A stretch of DNA of 57,961 nucleotides from assembly GCA_038042445.1 (NCBI GenBank), contig JBBTED010000136.1, positions 1 through 57,961 of the forward strand, written 5' to 3'. The translations under genes and the position numbers were made by a program. Source of the stretch: Candidatus Firestoneibacteriota bacterium. GTDB lineage: Bacteria > Oederibacteriota > D2-FULL-39-29 > JBBTED01. A model generated the notes under the pieces. It ran no database searches and was not told the origin of the DNA. It worked only from the letters and a program-made list of their open reading frames with translations. Numbering within the stretch: the stretch's first letter is position 1; the number at the start of each line of letters is the position of its first letter. Below are positions 8,712-17,224 of the stretch, piece after piece.

Positions 8712-11081
8712 ATGTCAGAGTCACAACAGAATAATAGCAGTAATTCTTTTAATACCCATAACGATATTCACAATAATAATCACATAAAAACTCAAAATAA
8801 TTCCATGGAAAATCAAATTGATATTGATAGAAGAATACAGCAAGAGAGAGAAAAAGTGCTTCTTTCAACAATAAAGGGCAAAGATGAGGAATTAATATCT
8901 TTAAGGTCTAAAATTGCGATTCTTGAAAATTCTGTTAAATTTGATGTTGGTAAACATGAGGCAGAGCTGAAAAATTCATACGAAAAAATAGTGGTTGATG
9001 CTAAAAACTCAAAAGAAAAAATAGAAGAACTCGAAACAATTCTGGAAAGAGAAGATAAAAAATTTGCGGATATAGAAGATAAATTAAAAATTGAAAGGGA
9101 AGAAAAACTGCAATTATTGAAGAATAAAGAAGAAGAGATAAGTAAATTAAGAGAAGATTTGATTGTCCGCGAAAAGAATTTTAGAACTCTTACGGATAAG
9201 AAAGATAAAGAAACACAAGAAATTAAACTAAAAGTTGAAGGAGAATTTAAATCAAGGACTTTAAAATTTGCATCAGAGCGCGAAAATTGGCTATTGTCAA
9301 TTAAAATAAAAGAAGAAGAAGCAAAATCTTTAAAAGAAAAATTTTCAACTGAAATTTCTAAATTAGAAGAAAAACTTTCCAGAAAAGATCAAGAAGTTAA
9401 AGAGACAACTTCAAAGCTGGAAATGTCTGTAAAAGAACGTGAGAGAAAACTTTGGCAGGAGAGAGAGGGTTTAATAAAATCATATGAAGATCAGTTGTCT
9501 AAAAAAGATGTTCAGCTTAGAACTGGTCTTGAAAAGAAAGAAAATGAAATTAAAGAAGTACGTGAAAAGGCTGAAAATGAATCTCATGGGATGTTAGATA
9601 AATTGCGTGGAGAAATTGAATCATTACAGGTGGCAATACGTTTAAAAAATGATGAGATGTATAGCGTAAAAACCAAGTTTTCAGAAACACTGGCACAGGC
9701 ATTTGCGCAAATAAGAATAAAAGAGCAGGAATTTCAAAACGCATTAAAATTTAAAGAAGATGAATTGAATATTCAAATAAATAAATTGCGAAATGAATTA
9801 GCAGAAGGTGAAGATGGGTTTAAGAAAGACAAGGAGCTTTTGATTGGTGAATATCAGCAGGAATTTGCGAAAAAAGAATTACTGAGGCGTGGAGAAACTG
9901 AAATCAGAGATAAAGAGATTGCAAAATTGAGGACAAAAATTTTTGAACTTGAGGACGCAATCACTAAACAAGAAATAGAGTTTAAAGAACAAACTATTCA
10001 TTTTGATGAAGAAATTCGTGAAAAAGAACGTAAATTTTATTCTGGGAAAGAAGATATTAAAAGAAACTTTGAAGAAATGCTTAAACTTAAAGAACAAGAA
10101 TTTTATAGTAAAATTTCAGAACTTGAAGGAATGATAAAAACAAAAGAAGAAGAAGCATCTGCTGAAAAGGAAAAATGGAAAAACGAATTTAAAGTGGAAT
10201 TGGAGGAAAAAGACGAAGAGAAAGCAGGTATTGTTAATAAATTAAACAAAGAAGTCGATACGTTAAATACAAAATTATCCGAAGAACAGAAAAAATATTT
10301 TGAAGCAGTAAAGTCAAAAGATGAAGAAATAATAAATTTAAAGAAAGAATTTGATACTAAAGTTCATGAACTTCAGGTAATACTTGATACAAAAAAGAGA
10401 GAATTTATTTCATTTTCTGCAGAAATTGAAGAAAGGTTTAAAGAGAGCGAAAAAAAATTCTGGGAACAACAGGAATCAACGACAAAAGATTTTGAAAGTA
10501 AAATGGCACTTTACACAAAAAAATTTAGTGAGGAGTGGGCAAAAAAAGAGAAAGAAAATGAGACATTAAAGGTGCATTTTGAAAGTGAAATTGCAAATCT
10601 TAATAGTAAATTAGCAGCAGAGCGCGCTGATTGGAATCAGGTTTTTGAAGAACAGCAATCTACACATAAGAAAGTCAGAGATGAATTACTTGAGAGGATA
10701 AATCAGGCACATAGTTTAATAATTGATAGAGAAAAAGAGATAAAAATTTTGCAGGAAGAATCTGAGGAGAAACTTAATGAGATAGTGAAAAGAACTGAAG
10801 AAGAAAAAAATGGAATGCTTGAAGATCTGAAATCTAAAGAAGAGCAGCTTAGGGCATTTAAAATAGAATTAGTTCTTAAAGATGTACAGTTTAAACAGGA
10901 TATAGAAAGAAAAGATTTTGAAATAGGAACATTATTAGAGCAGATGGAAAACGAGATAAGAGCACGAGAACATAAATTTAATAAAGAGAAAGAAGAATGG
11001 TTTAAGTCTTTAAGAGATAGAGAGGACGAGAGCAAATCACTAAAGATGAGAATGACCATAAAAGATATAGTAGATAGTTGA
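8712..11081 (+). CDS. large coiled-coil hypothetical protein (789 aa)
   Basis: E/K-rich heptad composition, no Pro or Cys, N/H/Q-rich N-terminus, no ATPase motifs; TTGACA upstream at 8672. Confidence 0.8.
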   Translation: MSESQQNNSSNSFNTHNDIHNNNHIKTQNNSMENQIDIDRRIQQEREKVLLSTIKGKDEELISLRSKIAILENSVKFDVGKHEAELKNSYEKIVVDAKNSKEKIEELETILEREDKKFADIEDKLKIEREEKLQLLKNKEEEISKLREDLIVREKNFRTLTDKKDKETQEIKLKVEGEFKSRTLKFASERENWLLSIKIKEEEAKSLKEKFSTEISKLEEKLSRKDQEVKETTSKLEMSVKERERKLWQEREGLIKSYEDQLSKKDVQLRTGLEKKENEIKEVREKAENESHGMLDKLRGEIESLQVAIRLKNDEMYSVKTKFSETLAQAFAQIRIKEQEFQNALKFKEDELNIQINKLRNELAEGEDGFKKDKELLIGEYQQEFAKKELLRRGETEIRDKEIAKLRTKIFELEDAITKQEIEFKEQTIHFDEEIREKERKFYSGKEDIKRNFEEMLKLKEQEFYSKISELEGMIKTKEEEASAEKEKWKNEFKVELEEKDEEKAGIVNKLNKEVDTLNTKLSEEQKKYFEAVKSKDEEIINLKKEFDTKVHELQVILDTKKREFISFSAEIEERFKESEKKFWEQQESTTKDFESKMALYTKKFSEEWAKKEKENETLKVHFESEIANLNSKLAAERADWNQVFEEQQSTHKKVRDELLERINQAHSLIIDREKEIKILQEESEEKLNEIVKRTEEEKNGMLEDLKSKEEQLRAFKIELVLKDVQFKQDIERKDFEIGTLLEQMENEIRAREHKFNKEKEEWFKSLRDREDESKSLKMRMTIKDIVDS

Positions 11082-11224
11082 GCTTTTATAATTAATTGTA
11101 AGAAAAATAAACATATTTTTTACTTGACAGAATTTTAGTAATGCAATATATTATAAATAGAAATGCAAATAAAAGGGCTGTAATGGCCCGATAAAAATTT
11201 GTATAACAAGGGGGTGAAAAAATT

Positions 11225-11653
11225 ATGATGAAAATTTTTCGTAGGGGTGAAAAAGGTTTTACCCTTATAGAATTGATGATAGTGGTAGCGATTATTGGTA
11301 TTTTGGCAGCAATAGCGATACCTAAGTTTGCTCAAATGTTAGAGAAATCACGTGAAGGTGCTACGAAGGGAAATTTAGGTGCTATTCGTTCAGCTGTTTC
11401 AATTTACTATGGAGACAAAGAGGGTGTATGGCCAACTGATTTGACTACAACTTTTACCTCTTATCTGAATCCAATTCCACCAGCAAAAGCTACTCCACTT
11501 GGAAATTCAAGTGCTGTGTCTGCTTCAGCCGCTGTACCGTCAGCTACAGGAGTGGGTTGGGCATATAACAGTGTAGATGGTGCTTTAGGTGGTTCAGTTT
11601 GGGCAAATAGTACAGCAACAGATACTAAGGGTGCTTCTTTCACCACTTATTAA
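11225..11653 (+). CDS. pilA: type IVa pilin (prepilin N-terminal cleavage/methylation domain)
   Basis: KG|FTLIELMIVVAIIGILAAIAIP; own promoter (TTGACA about 11124) and two downstream terminators. Confidence 0.88.
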   Translation: MMKIFRRGEKGFTLIELMIVVAIIGILAAIAIPKFAQMLEKSREGATKGNLGAIRSAVSIYYGDKEGVWPTDLTTTFTSYLNPIPPAKATPLGNSSAVSASAAVPSATGVGWAYNSVDGALGGSVWANSTATDTKGASFTTY

Positions 11654-11666
11654 AAAAAGTATTAAC

Positions 11667-11697
11667 CGGGAGGGAATATATTTTCTCTCCCGTTTTT
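11667..11697 (+). terminator. intrinsic terminator after pilin
   Basis: CGGGAGGGAA/TTCTCTCCCG hairpin followed by a T tract. Confidence 0.7.
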
Positions 11698-11722
11698 ATA
11701 TTTTTCTGATTTTAAAGTAAGT

Positions 11723-11763
11723 TTAAACGGCGGGCTTTAAACAGCTCGCCGTTTAATTTTTTT
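11723..11763 (+). terminator. second intrinsic terminator-like hairpin
   Basis: TTAAACGGCGGGCT/AGCTCGCCGTTTAA followed by T7. Confidence 0.65.
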
Positions 11764-11785
11764 GAAGTACAAAATAGGTAGATTT

Positions 11786-12532
11786 ATGGAGATATATTTA
11801 ATATTTATTTTTGGTGCGATAATTGGAAGTTTTTTAAATGTTTGTATTTATCGTTTGCCTAAGGAATTATCTATAATTACACCACGGTCTTTTTGTCCAA
11901 TTTGTGAAAAAACTGTTAAATGGTACGATAATATTCCATTGATAAGTTTTATTGTGTTAAAGGGTAAATGTAGAAATTGCTCTACAAAAATAAATTGGCA
12001 TTATTTGATTGTGGAAATTATGAATGCTTCTATTTATGTTTTATTATACCAAAAATTTTCTTTAAACCTATATTTTTTTATTTTCGCAATTATATCTTCA
12101 ATATTTATAGTTATTACTTTTATAGATTTATTTCACCAGATTATACCGGATAAATGCAGCTATGTTCTTATAATTATTGGAATAATATTGAACGTGACTA
12201 AAGGAAAAGATGCAATATTAGATTCATTTATAGGATTACTTGCAGGTGGAGGGTTTTTATATCTTGTAGCAGTTTTGAGTCGTGGGGGTATGGGAGGTGG
12301 AGATATAAAACTTGCTGGAGGATGTGGAGCAATATTGGGGTTAAAAGGTGTTGCAAGTACTTTAGTGACAGCTTTTATATTAGGTGCAGTGGTTGGAATT
12401 ATTCTTATGCTTTTTAAAATAAAAGGAAGGAAGGATCCTATACCTTTTGGGCCATTTATTGTTTTAGGTGCATTTATTACAATATTCGGTGGAAATTTTT
12501 TAATTTCGCATATATTTCCATTTGTCTATTGA
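11786..12532 (+). CDS. pilD: prepilin peptidase (A24)
   Basis: GSFLNVCIYRLP, two CxxC pairs, IDL..QIIPD, MGGGDIKL, IPFGPF; ATG at 11786 preferred over TTG at 11762. Confidence 0.93.
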   Translation: MEIYLIFIFGAIIGSFLNVCIYRLPKELSIITPRSFCPICEKTVKWYDNIPLISFIVLKGKCRNCSTKINWHYLIVEIMNASIYVLLYQKFSLNLYFFIFAIISSIFIVITFIDLFHQIIPDKCSYVLIIIGIILNVTKGKDAILDSFIGLLAGGGFLYLVAVLSRGGMGGGDIKLAGGCGAILGLKGVASTLVTAFILGAVVGIILMLFKIKGRKDPIPFGPFIVLGAFITIFGGNFLISHIFPFVY

Positions 12533-12557
12533 CCTGGTATAAAAAATCGGATAGAAT
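12529..12557 (+). promoter_or_regulatory. sigma70 promoter of the tRNA gene
   Basis: TTGACC-17 nt-TAGAAT just upstream of the tRNA. Confidence 0.6.
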
Positions 12558-12573
12558 TACATCAGTTTATTCT

Positions 12574-12650
12574 GGGCGCGTAGCTCAGATGGTTAGAGTG
12601 TTCGGTTCACATCCGAAAGGTCACAGGTTCGATTCCTGTCGCGCCCACCA
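12574..12650 (+). tRNA. tRNA-Val(CAC)
   Basis: GGGCGCG acceptor stem, TAGCTCAG..GGTTAGAG D arm, TTCGG-TT CAC AT-CCGAA anticodon arm, GGTTCGATTCC T arm, encoded CCA. Confidence 0.96.
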
Positions 12651-12722
12651 TAAAAATAAAAAAAATTTTATACTTGATATTATTTGGAAATTTAGGTATA
12701 TTGTAGGATAGGATAATGGATA

Positions 12723-13427
12723 ATGAAAGAACAATTAGATATTCTTTTAAGCTTGCAGGAATTAGATAAGGCAATAGATGAATTAGAAGTTAAAAAAGCG
12801 GAAATACCTGTAAAATTAGAATCCTATCAGTTGGATTTAAAATTGAAACAGGATGGATGGCAAAATTCAAAAAAAGAGCTGGAAAATTTGCAAAAAGAGA
12901 AAAAATTTTGCGAAATAGATTTGGAATCAAAAAACACTAACTTGAAAAAATTCCAGACACAGCTTTATCAGGTTAAAAGTAATAAAGAATATAGTGCAAT
13001 CCAATTGGAGATACAAAATACAAAACTTGAAGTGGAAGAAAATGAAGAAAAAATTCTTGTAAAAATGCTTGATGAAGATAATTTTAAAAAGAAAATGTTG
13101 GAAAAACAAAATGAAGTTAAAGAAGCAGAGATGGTTTTAGAGAAAACAAAAAAAGAGTGCGATGTAGAATTAGATAAGTTTCAGTTAGAGCTAAATGCAA
13201 AATTGAACGAAAGAGAAGTTTTATCGCAAAGTATTGATCGTAAACTATTAGAGGTTTATGATAGGATACGTAAAGGTAAAAGTGGAATTGCAATTGTAAA
13301 AATAAAAGATGGAACATGTGGGGCTTGTTATATGACAATAAGGCCTCAGCTTCTTATAGAAGTAACAGGGAATAATAAATTTGTGCAGTGTGAAAGTTGT
13401 TCAAGAATACTGCATGGTTATAATTAA
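12723..13427 (+). CDS. C4-type zinc ribbon domain coiled-coil protein (DUF164/CT398-like)
   Basis: LQELD N-terminus, coiled coil, CGAC and CESCSRIL. Confidence 0.9.
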   Translation: MKEQLDILLSLQELDKAIDELEVKKAEIPVKLESYQLDLKLKQDGWQNSKKELENLQKEKKFCEIDLESKNTNLKKFQTQLYQVKSNKEYSAIQLEIQNTKLEVEENEEKILVKMLDEDNFKKKMLEKQNEVKEAEMVLEKTKKECDVELDKFQLELNAKLNEREVLSQSIDRKLLEVYDRIRKGKSGIAIVKIKDGTCGACYMTIRPQLLIEVTGNNKFVQCESCSRILHGYN

Positions 13428-13428
13428 G

Positions 13429-13800
13429 CCCTAAAGCATAAGTGCGACCGCATCTTTTTTTAAAAGATGAGGAAAGTCCGAACTCCAAAGGGTAGGATGC
13501 CCTGTAGTGCAGGGTAGGAATATGTTGTTAGCAGTGCTAATCATATTCTTAAGGAAAGTACCACAGAAATATACCGCCCACTTTATGGTGGGTAAGGGTG
13601 AAAAGGTGAGGTAAGAGCTCACCACCTTGCAGGTAACTGCAAAGGTTAGGTAAACCCCATCCGGAGCAATGCCAAATAAGAGGGGAATAGGTGGCCCGCT
13701 TTAAATATCCTCTCGGGTAGGCAGCTTTAAATGCAGGGTGACCTGCATTGTAAGATAAATGGTCGCTTTAAACAGAATTCGGCTTACTTTATGTTTTAGG
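13429..13800 (+). ncRNA. rnpB: RNase P RNA (bacterial type A)
   Basis: GAGGAAAGTCC, GGAAAGT.CCACAGAAA, GGGTGAAAAGGTG.GGTAAGAGC, GGTAAACCCC, GGAGCAA, ACAGAATTCGGCTTAC; complementary ends form P1. Ends approximate. Confidence 0.96.
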
Positions 13801-13821
13801 AGGTTTTAAAAGGAGGTAGAA

Positions 13822-14028
13822 GTGGAAAAGAAGGGCAAAGTGAAGTGGTTCAATGATGCCAAAGGTTTTGGTTTCATTGTTCCTGATGACGGCAGTGCCG
13901 ATGTTTTTGTGCACTATTCTGCGATTCAAGGCGATGGCTTTAAAAGCATTGCAGAAGGACAGGAAGTTAAGTTTGAGATAGTGAAAGGTGCAAAAGGACT
14001 TCAAGCTGTTAAGGTTGTTAAAGTATAA
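13822..14028 (+). CDS. cspA: cold-shock protein
   Basis: [35 protein letters not shown] start. Confidence 0.95.
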   Translation: MEKKGKVKWFNDAKGFGFIVPDDGSADVFVHYSAIQGDGFKSIAEGQEVKFEIVKGAKGLQAVKVVKV

Positions 14029-14056
14029 ATCGTTTGTGATTTTTATTTGACAATCC

Positions 14057-14091
14057 AAAGCCCCAGTAGTTGTTTTGCTGGGGCTTTTTTT
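14057..14091 (+). terminator. intrinsic terminator
   Basis: AAAGCCCCAG/CTGGGGCTTT hairpin followed by a T run. Confidence 0.85.
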
Positions 14092-14099
14092 AAAAAATT

Positions 14100-15374
14100 A
14101 TGTTTAATACAATAAAAGGAACACAAGATATTTTGCCTGATGAAATGGTAAAATGGAAGTATGTTGAATCTGTATCCAGAAAAATCTTTGAAAAATATGG
14201 ATACAGGGAAATACAAACTCCTATTTTTGAAGATACGGGTCTTTTTACTCGTGGCGTGGGAGAAATGACAGATGTCGTATCCAAAGAAATGTATTCTTTC
14301 AAAGATAGAGGTGGTAGAGATATAACTTTGCGGCCAGAAGGTACTGCTTCTGTTGCCAGAGCATATATTGAAGATAATTTAGGTATAGAAGGAAAAGTAT
14401 CAAAATTTTATTATGTTGGTCCAATGTTTCGATATGAAAGACCTCAGGCAGGCAGATACAGACAGCATTGTCAGATAGGATGTGAAGCTATTGGCTCTGT
14501 AAATCCTGCTTTGGATGTAGAGTTGATAAATATATTGCTCAATTGTTTTGAAGAATTAGGTTTGAGCGATTTGTATCCTCAGTTAAATTCACTTGGTTGT
14601 TTGGAATGCAGACCAAAATATCGTGATATATTAAAGGAAAATTTAAAAGATAAAAAGGAAAAACTTTGTGAGGATTGCAAGCTTCGCTATGACAGGAATC
14701 TCTTGCGAATTCTTGATTGTAAAAAAGAGGAATGCGGAAAAATTATTTTGGATATTCCTGAAATATTTAATTTTCTTTGCAAGGAATGTCTTGAGCATTT
14801 TGAAAAAACAAAGTATTTTCTAGATGAATTTAAAATAAAATATGTTTTAAATAAGCGGTTAGTTCGTGGGTTTGATTATTATACAAAAACTGTTTTTGAA
14901 ATAGTTTGTGCCAAACTTGGGAGTCAGAATGCAATAGCCGGAGGTGGCAGGTATGATAATCTAATTGAAACTTTAGGTGGTCATAAAACTGCTGCAGCAG
15001 GTTTTTCTATAGGTATGGAAAGGACAATTTTAGCTCTTCAAAACTATGGAATAAAATTTCCTTCTTCTTTGAAATCTAAAATTTTTCTTGCATGTATTGG
15101 AGAGAAAGCTTTTAATTTTGGTATAAAACTTTTGGCCCAAATAAGGAAAAATGGTATATTAGCAGAAATAGACTATAATAATAGAAGCTTAAAGAGTCAA
15201 ATGCGTACAGCAAATGATTTAGGTGTGAAATACGCAATTATAATTGGTGAAAATGAACTTGCAAAAAATTCTGTTTTAGTGCGTGATATGGAAAAAAATC
15301 AACAGGAAGAGGTTCCTATTGGTAATGTCATTGCGAGCGTAAGCGAAGCAATCTCTAAAAGAGGTCTAATATGA
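14100..15374 (+). CDS. hisS: histidine--tRNA ligase
   Basis: LRPEGTA, FRYERPQAGRYRQ, LVRGFDYY, GGGRYD. Confidence 0.98.
   Translation: MFNTIKGTQDILPDEMVKWKYVESVSRKIFEKYGYREIQTPIFEDTGLFTRGVGEMTDVVSKEMYSFKDRGGRDITLRPEGTASVARAYIEDNLGIEGKVSKFYYVGPMFRYERPQAGRYRQHCQIGCEAIGSVNPALDVELINILLNCFEELGLSDLYPQLNSLGCLECRPKYRDILKENLKDKKEKLCEDCKLRYDRNLLRILDCKKEECGKIILDIPEIFNFLCKECLEHFEKTKYFLDEFKIKYVLNKRLVRGFDYYTKTVFEIVCAKLGSQNAIAGGGRYDNLIETLGGHKTAAAGFSIGMERTILALQNYGIKFPSSLKSKIFLACIGEKAFNFGIKLLAQIRKNGILAEIDYNNRSLKSQMRTANDLGVKYAIIIGENELAKNSVLVRDMEKNQQEEVPIGNVIASVSEAISKRGLI
15326..15355 (+). repeat. GTCAT-family palindromic repeat arm inside the hisS 3' end
   Basis: TGTCATTGCGAGCGTAAGCGAAGCAATCTC, GC-rich, translated in frame as VIASVSEAIS. 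Confidence 0.6.
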
Positions 15375-17125
15375 GAACACAATTGTGTGCTAAAATAAAT
15401 AAGAATGATATAGGAAAAGATGTTTCATTGGTTGGCTGGGTTGCTACTCGCAGGGACCATGGTAGTTTGATTTTTATTGATTTGAGAGATGTGTCAGGTA
15501 TTATACAGGTAGTTTTTAATCCTGAAATATCAAAATCCGCTCATAAGATTGCAGGTGATATCCGCAGTGAATATGTAATAAATATTTGTGGCACAGTTTC
15601 TCCAAGGCCAGGAGGGACTATCAATAAAAATCTTCCTACAGGTGAGATAGAGGTTATTGCCAAGCAAATTGAAATATTAAATATTTCCAAAACACCTCCT
15701 TTTCCTATAGAAGATGAGATAAATGTTGCCGAAGATTTGAGGTTAAAATATAGAGTTCTTGATTTGCGAAGACCTAAAATGCAGAGGAATTTAATATTAC
15801 GTTATAAAATTTGTCTTTTTTTTCGAAAATTCTTTGATGAATATGGATTTATTGAAATTGAAACGCCGGCTTTAATAAAAAGTACACCTGAAGGTGCAAG
15901 AGATTATCTTGTTCCAAGCAGGGTAAATCCCGGGAATTTTTATGCATTGCCACAATCTCCACAGATGTTAAAACAGTTATTAATGGTTTCTGGTTTTGAC
16001 AGATATTTTCAAATTGCAAAATGTTTTCGCGATGAAGATTTAAGGGCAGACAGGCAGCCGGAATTTACACAAGTGGATCTGGAAATGTCATTCATAAAAG
16101 AAGACGATATTTTATCATTAATAGAACTTGTTTTAAAACGTTTATTTGGAGAAATTTTAAATATTGATATAAAAATTCCATTTCATAGATTACCGTATAA
16201 AGATTCTATGGAGAGATTTGGTACAGATAAACCAGATATGCGATTTTCTATGGAATTGACTAATGTTTCTTCGGAATTTCAGGATTCAGGGTTTAATGTG
16301 TTTAATGGAGTTTTAAAATCAGGTGGAAAAATTTATGGAATAAATGCAAGTGGTTGTAGTAGTTTTTCACGGCAGGATATAGATGAGCTTACAAAATATG
16401 TGGCGAATTTTGGAGCAAAAGGATTAGCATGGTTTAAAATGGGAAAGGAAACATTGGAGTCTCCAATTGCAAAATTTTTTAGTAAAGAAATTTTAGATAA
16501 AGTATCTCAAAAAATGAATGCTAAAGAAGGTAATTTATTGCTTTTTGTTGCTGACAAACAAAGTATAGTTTTAGATTCTCTTGGAAACTTAAGATTGTAT
16601 CTTGCAGAAAAACTTAAGCTTATTCCTGAAAAAGAATTCAAATTTGTATGGATAATGGAGTTCCCACTTTTTAAATATAATGAAACAGAAAAGAGATTTG
16701 AGCCAGAGCATCATCCTTTTACAGCTCCTATGGATGAAGATATACAATTTTTTGACAGTGATTTATCAAAAATGCATGCCAGAGCTTATGATTTAGTTTT
16801 AAATGGAATTGAGGTAGGTGGGGGCAGTATTAGAATTCACAAAAAAGAAATTCAGGAAAAAATGTTTAAATCAATTGGTATAGAAGATAAAGAAAGAGAT
16901 GAGCGTTTCGGATTTTTACTTGAAGCATTTGAATATGGAGCTCCACCACATGGCGGTATAGCACTTGGTCTTGATAGATTAGTTATGCTTATTTTAGGTG
17001 AGAAATCAATAAGAGAAGTAATCGCTTTTCCAAAGACTCAAAAAGCAGTTTGTTTGCTAACAGGTGCACCATCTAATGTTGATCCTAAACAGTTAAAAGA
17101 ACTACATATTAAACCGGCTGTTTAA
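15371..17125 (+). CDS. aspS: aspartate--tRNA ligase, probably non-discriminating Asp/Asn type
   Basis: RRDHG, STPEGARDY, ALPQSPQ, FRDEDLRADRQPEFTQ, GAPPHGG. Confidence 0.97.
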   Translation: MRTQLCAKINKNDIGKDVSLVGWVATRRDHGSLIFIDLRDVSGIIQVVFNPEISKSAHKIAGDIRSEYVINICGTVSPRPGGTINKNLPTGEIEVIAKQIEILNISKTPPFPIEDEINVAEDLRLKYRVLDLRRPKMQRNLILRYKICLFFRKFFDEYGFIEIETPALIKSTPEGARDYLVPSRVNPGNFYALPQSPQMLKQLLMVSGFDRYFQIAKCFRDEDLRADRQPEFTQVDLEMSFIKEDDILSLIELVLKRLFGEILNIDIKIPFHRLPYKDSMERFGTDKPDMRFSMELTNVSSEFQDSGFNVFNGVLKSGGKIYGINASGCSSFSRQDIDELTKYVANFGAKGLAWFKMGKETLESPIAKFFSKEILDKVSQKMNAKEGNLLLFVADKQSIVLDSLGNLRLYLAEKLKLIPEKEFKFVWIMEFPLFKYNETEKRFEPEHHPFTAPMDEDIQFFDSDLSKMHARAYDLVLNGIEVGGGSIRIHKKEIQEKMFKSIGIEDKERDERFGFLLEAFEYGAPPHGGIALGLDRLVMLILGEKSIREVIAFPKTQKAVCLLTGAPSNVDPKQLKELHIKPAV

Positions 17126-17128
17126 TAT

Positions 17129-17206
17129 GTAGCAGGTAGTAGGCAATAGGTTAGTAGAAAGTAGGTAGCAGAGAGGTTTTTCCTATCTACTATATGCTAT
17201 CTACTG
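17129..17206. repeat. imperfect inverted array of ~7-nt repeats
   Basis: (G)TAGxAG units followed by complementary CTATCTA units, intergenic. Confidence 0.45.
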
Positions 17207-17224
17207 TTTACAAGGGGGGATTGT

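Noticed and set aside
8712..11081. SMC or SbcC ATPase
   Set aside because: No Walker A/B, signature motif or hinge.
11160..11224. c-di-GMP riboswitch upstream of the pilin
   Set aside because: Only a small GGGC/GCCC hairpin; the GEMM consensus two-stem pattern is not recognisable.
12529..12711. 60-aa ORF in the track
   Set aside because: It overlies the tRNA-Val gene and its promoter; spurious.
13431..13625. Minus-strand 64-aa ORF
   Set aside because: Antisense to the RNase P RNA; spurious.
14028..14100. T-box leader for hisS/aspS (also checked lysS and argS)
   Set aside because: Leaders are too short and lack the GGTGGNACCGCG T-box; the hairpin fits the cold-shock gene terminator.
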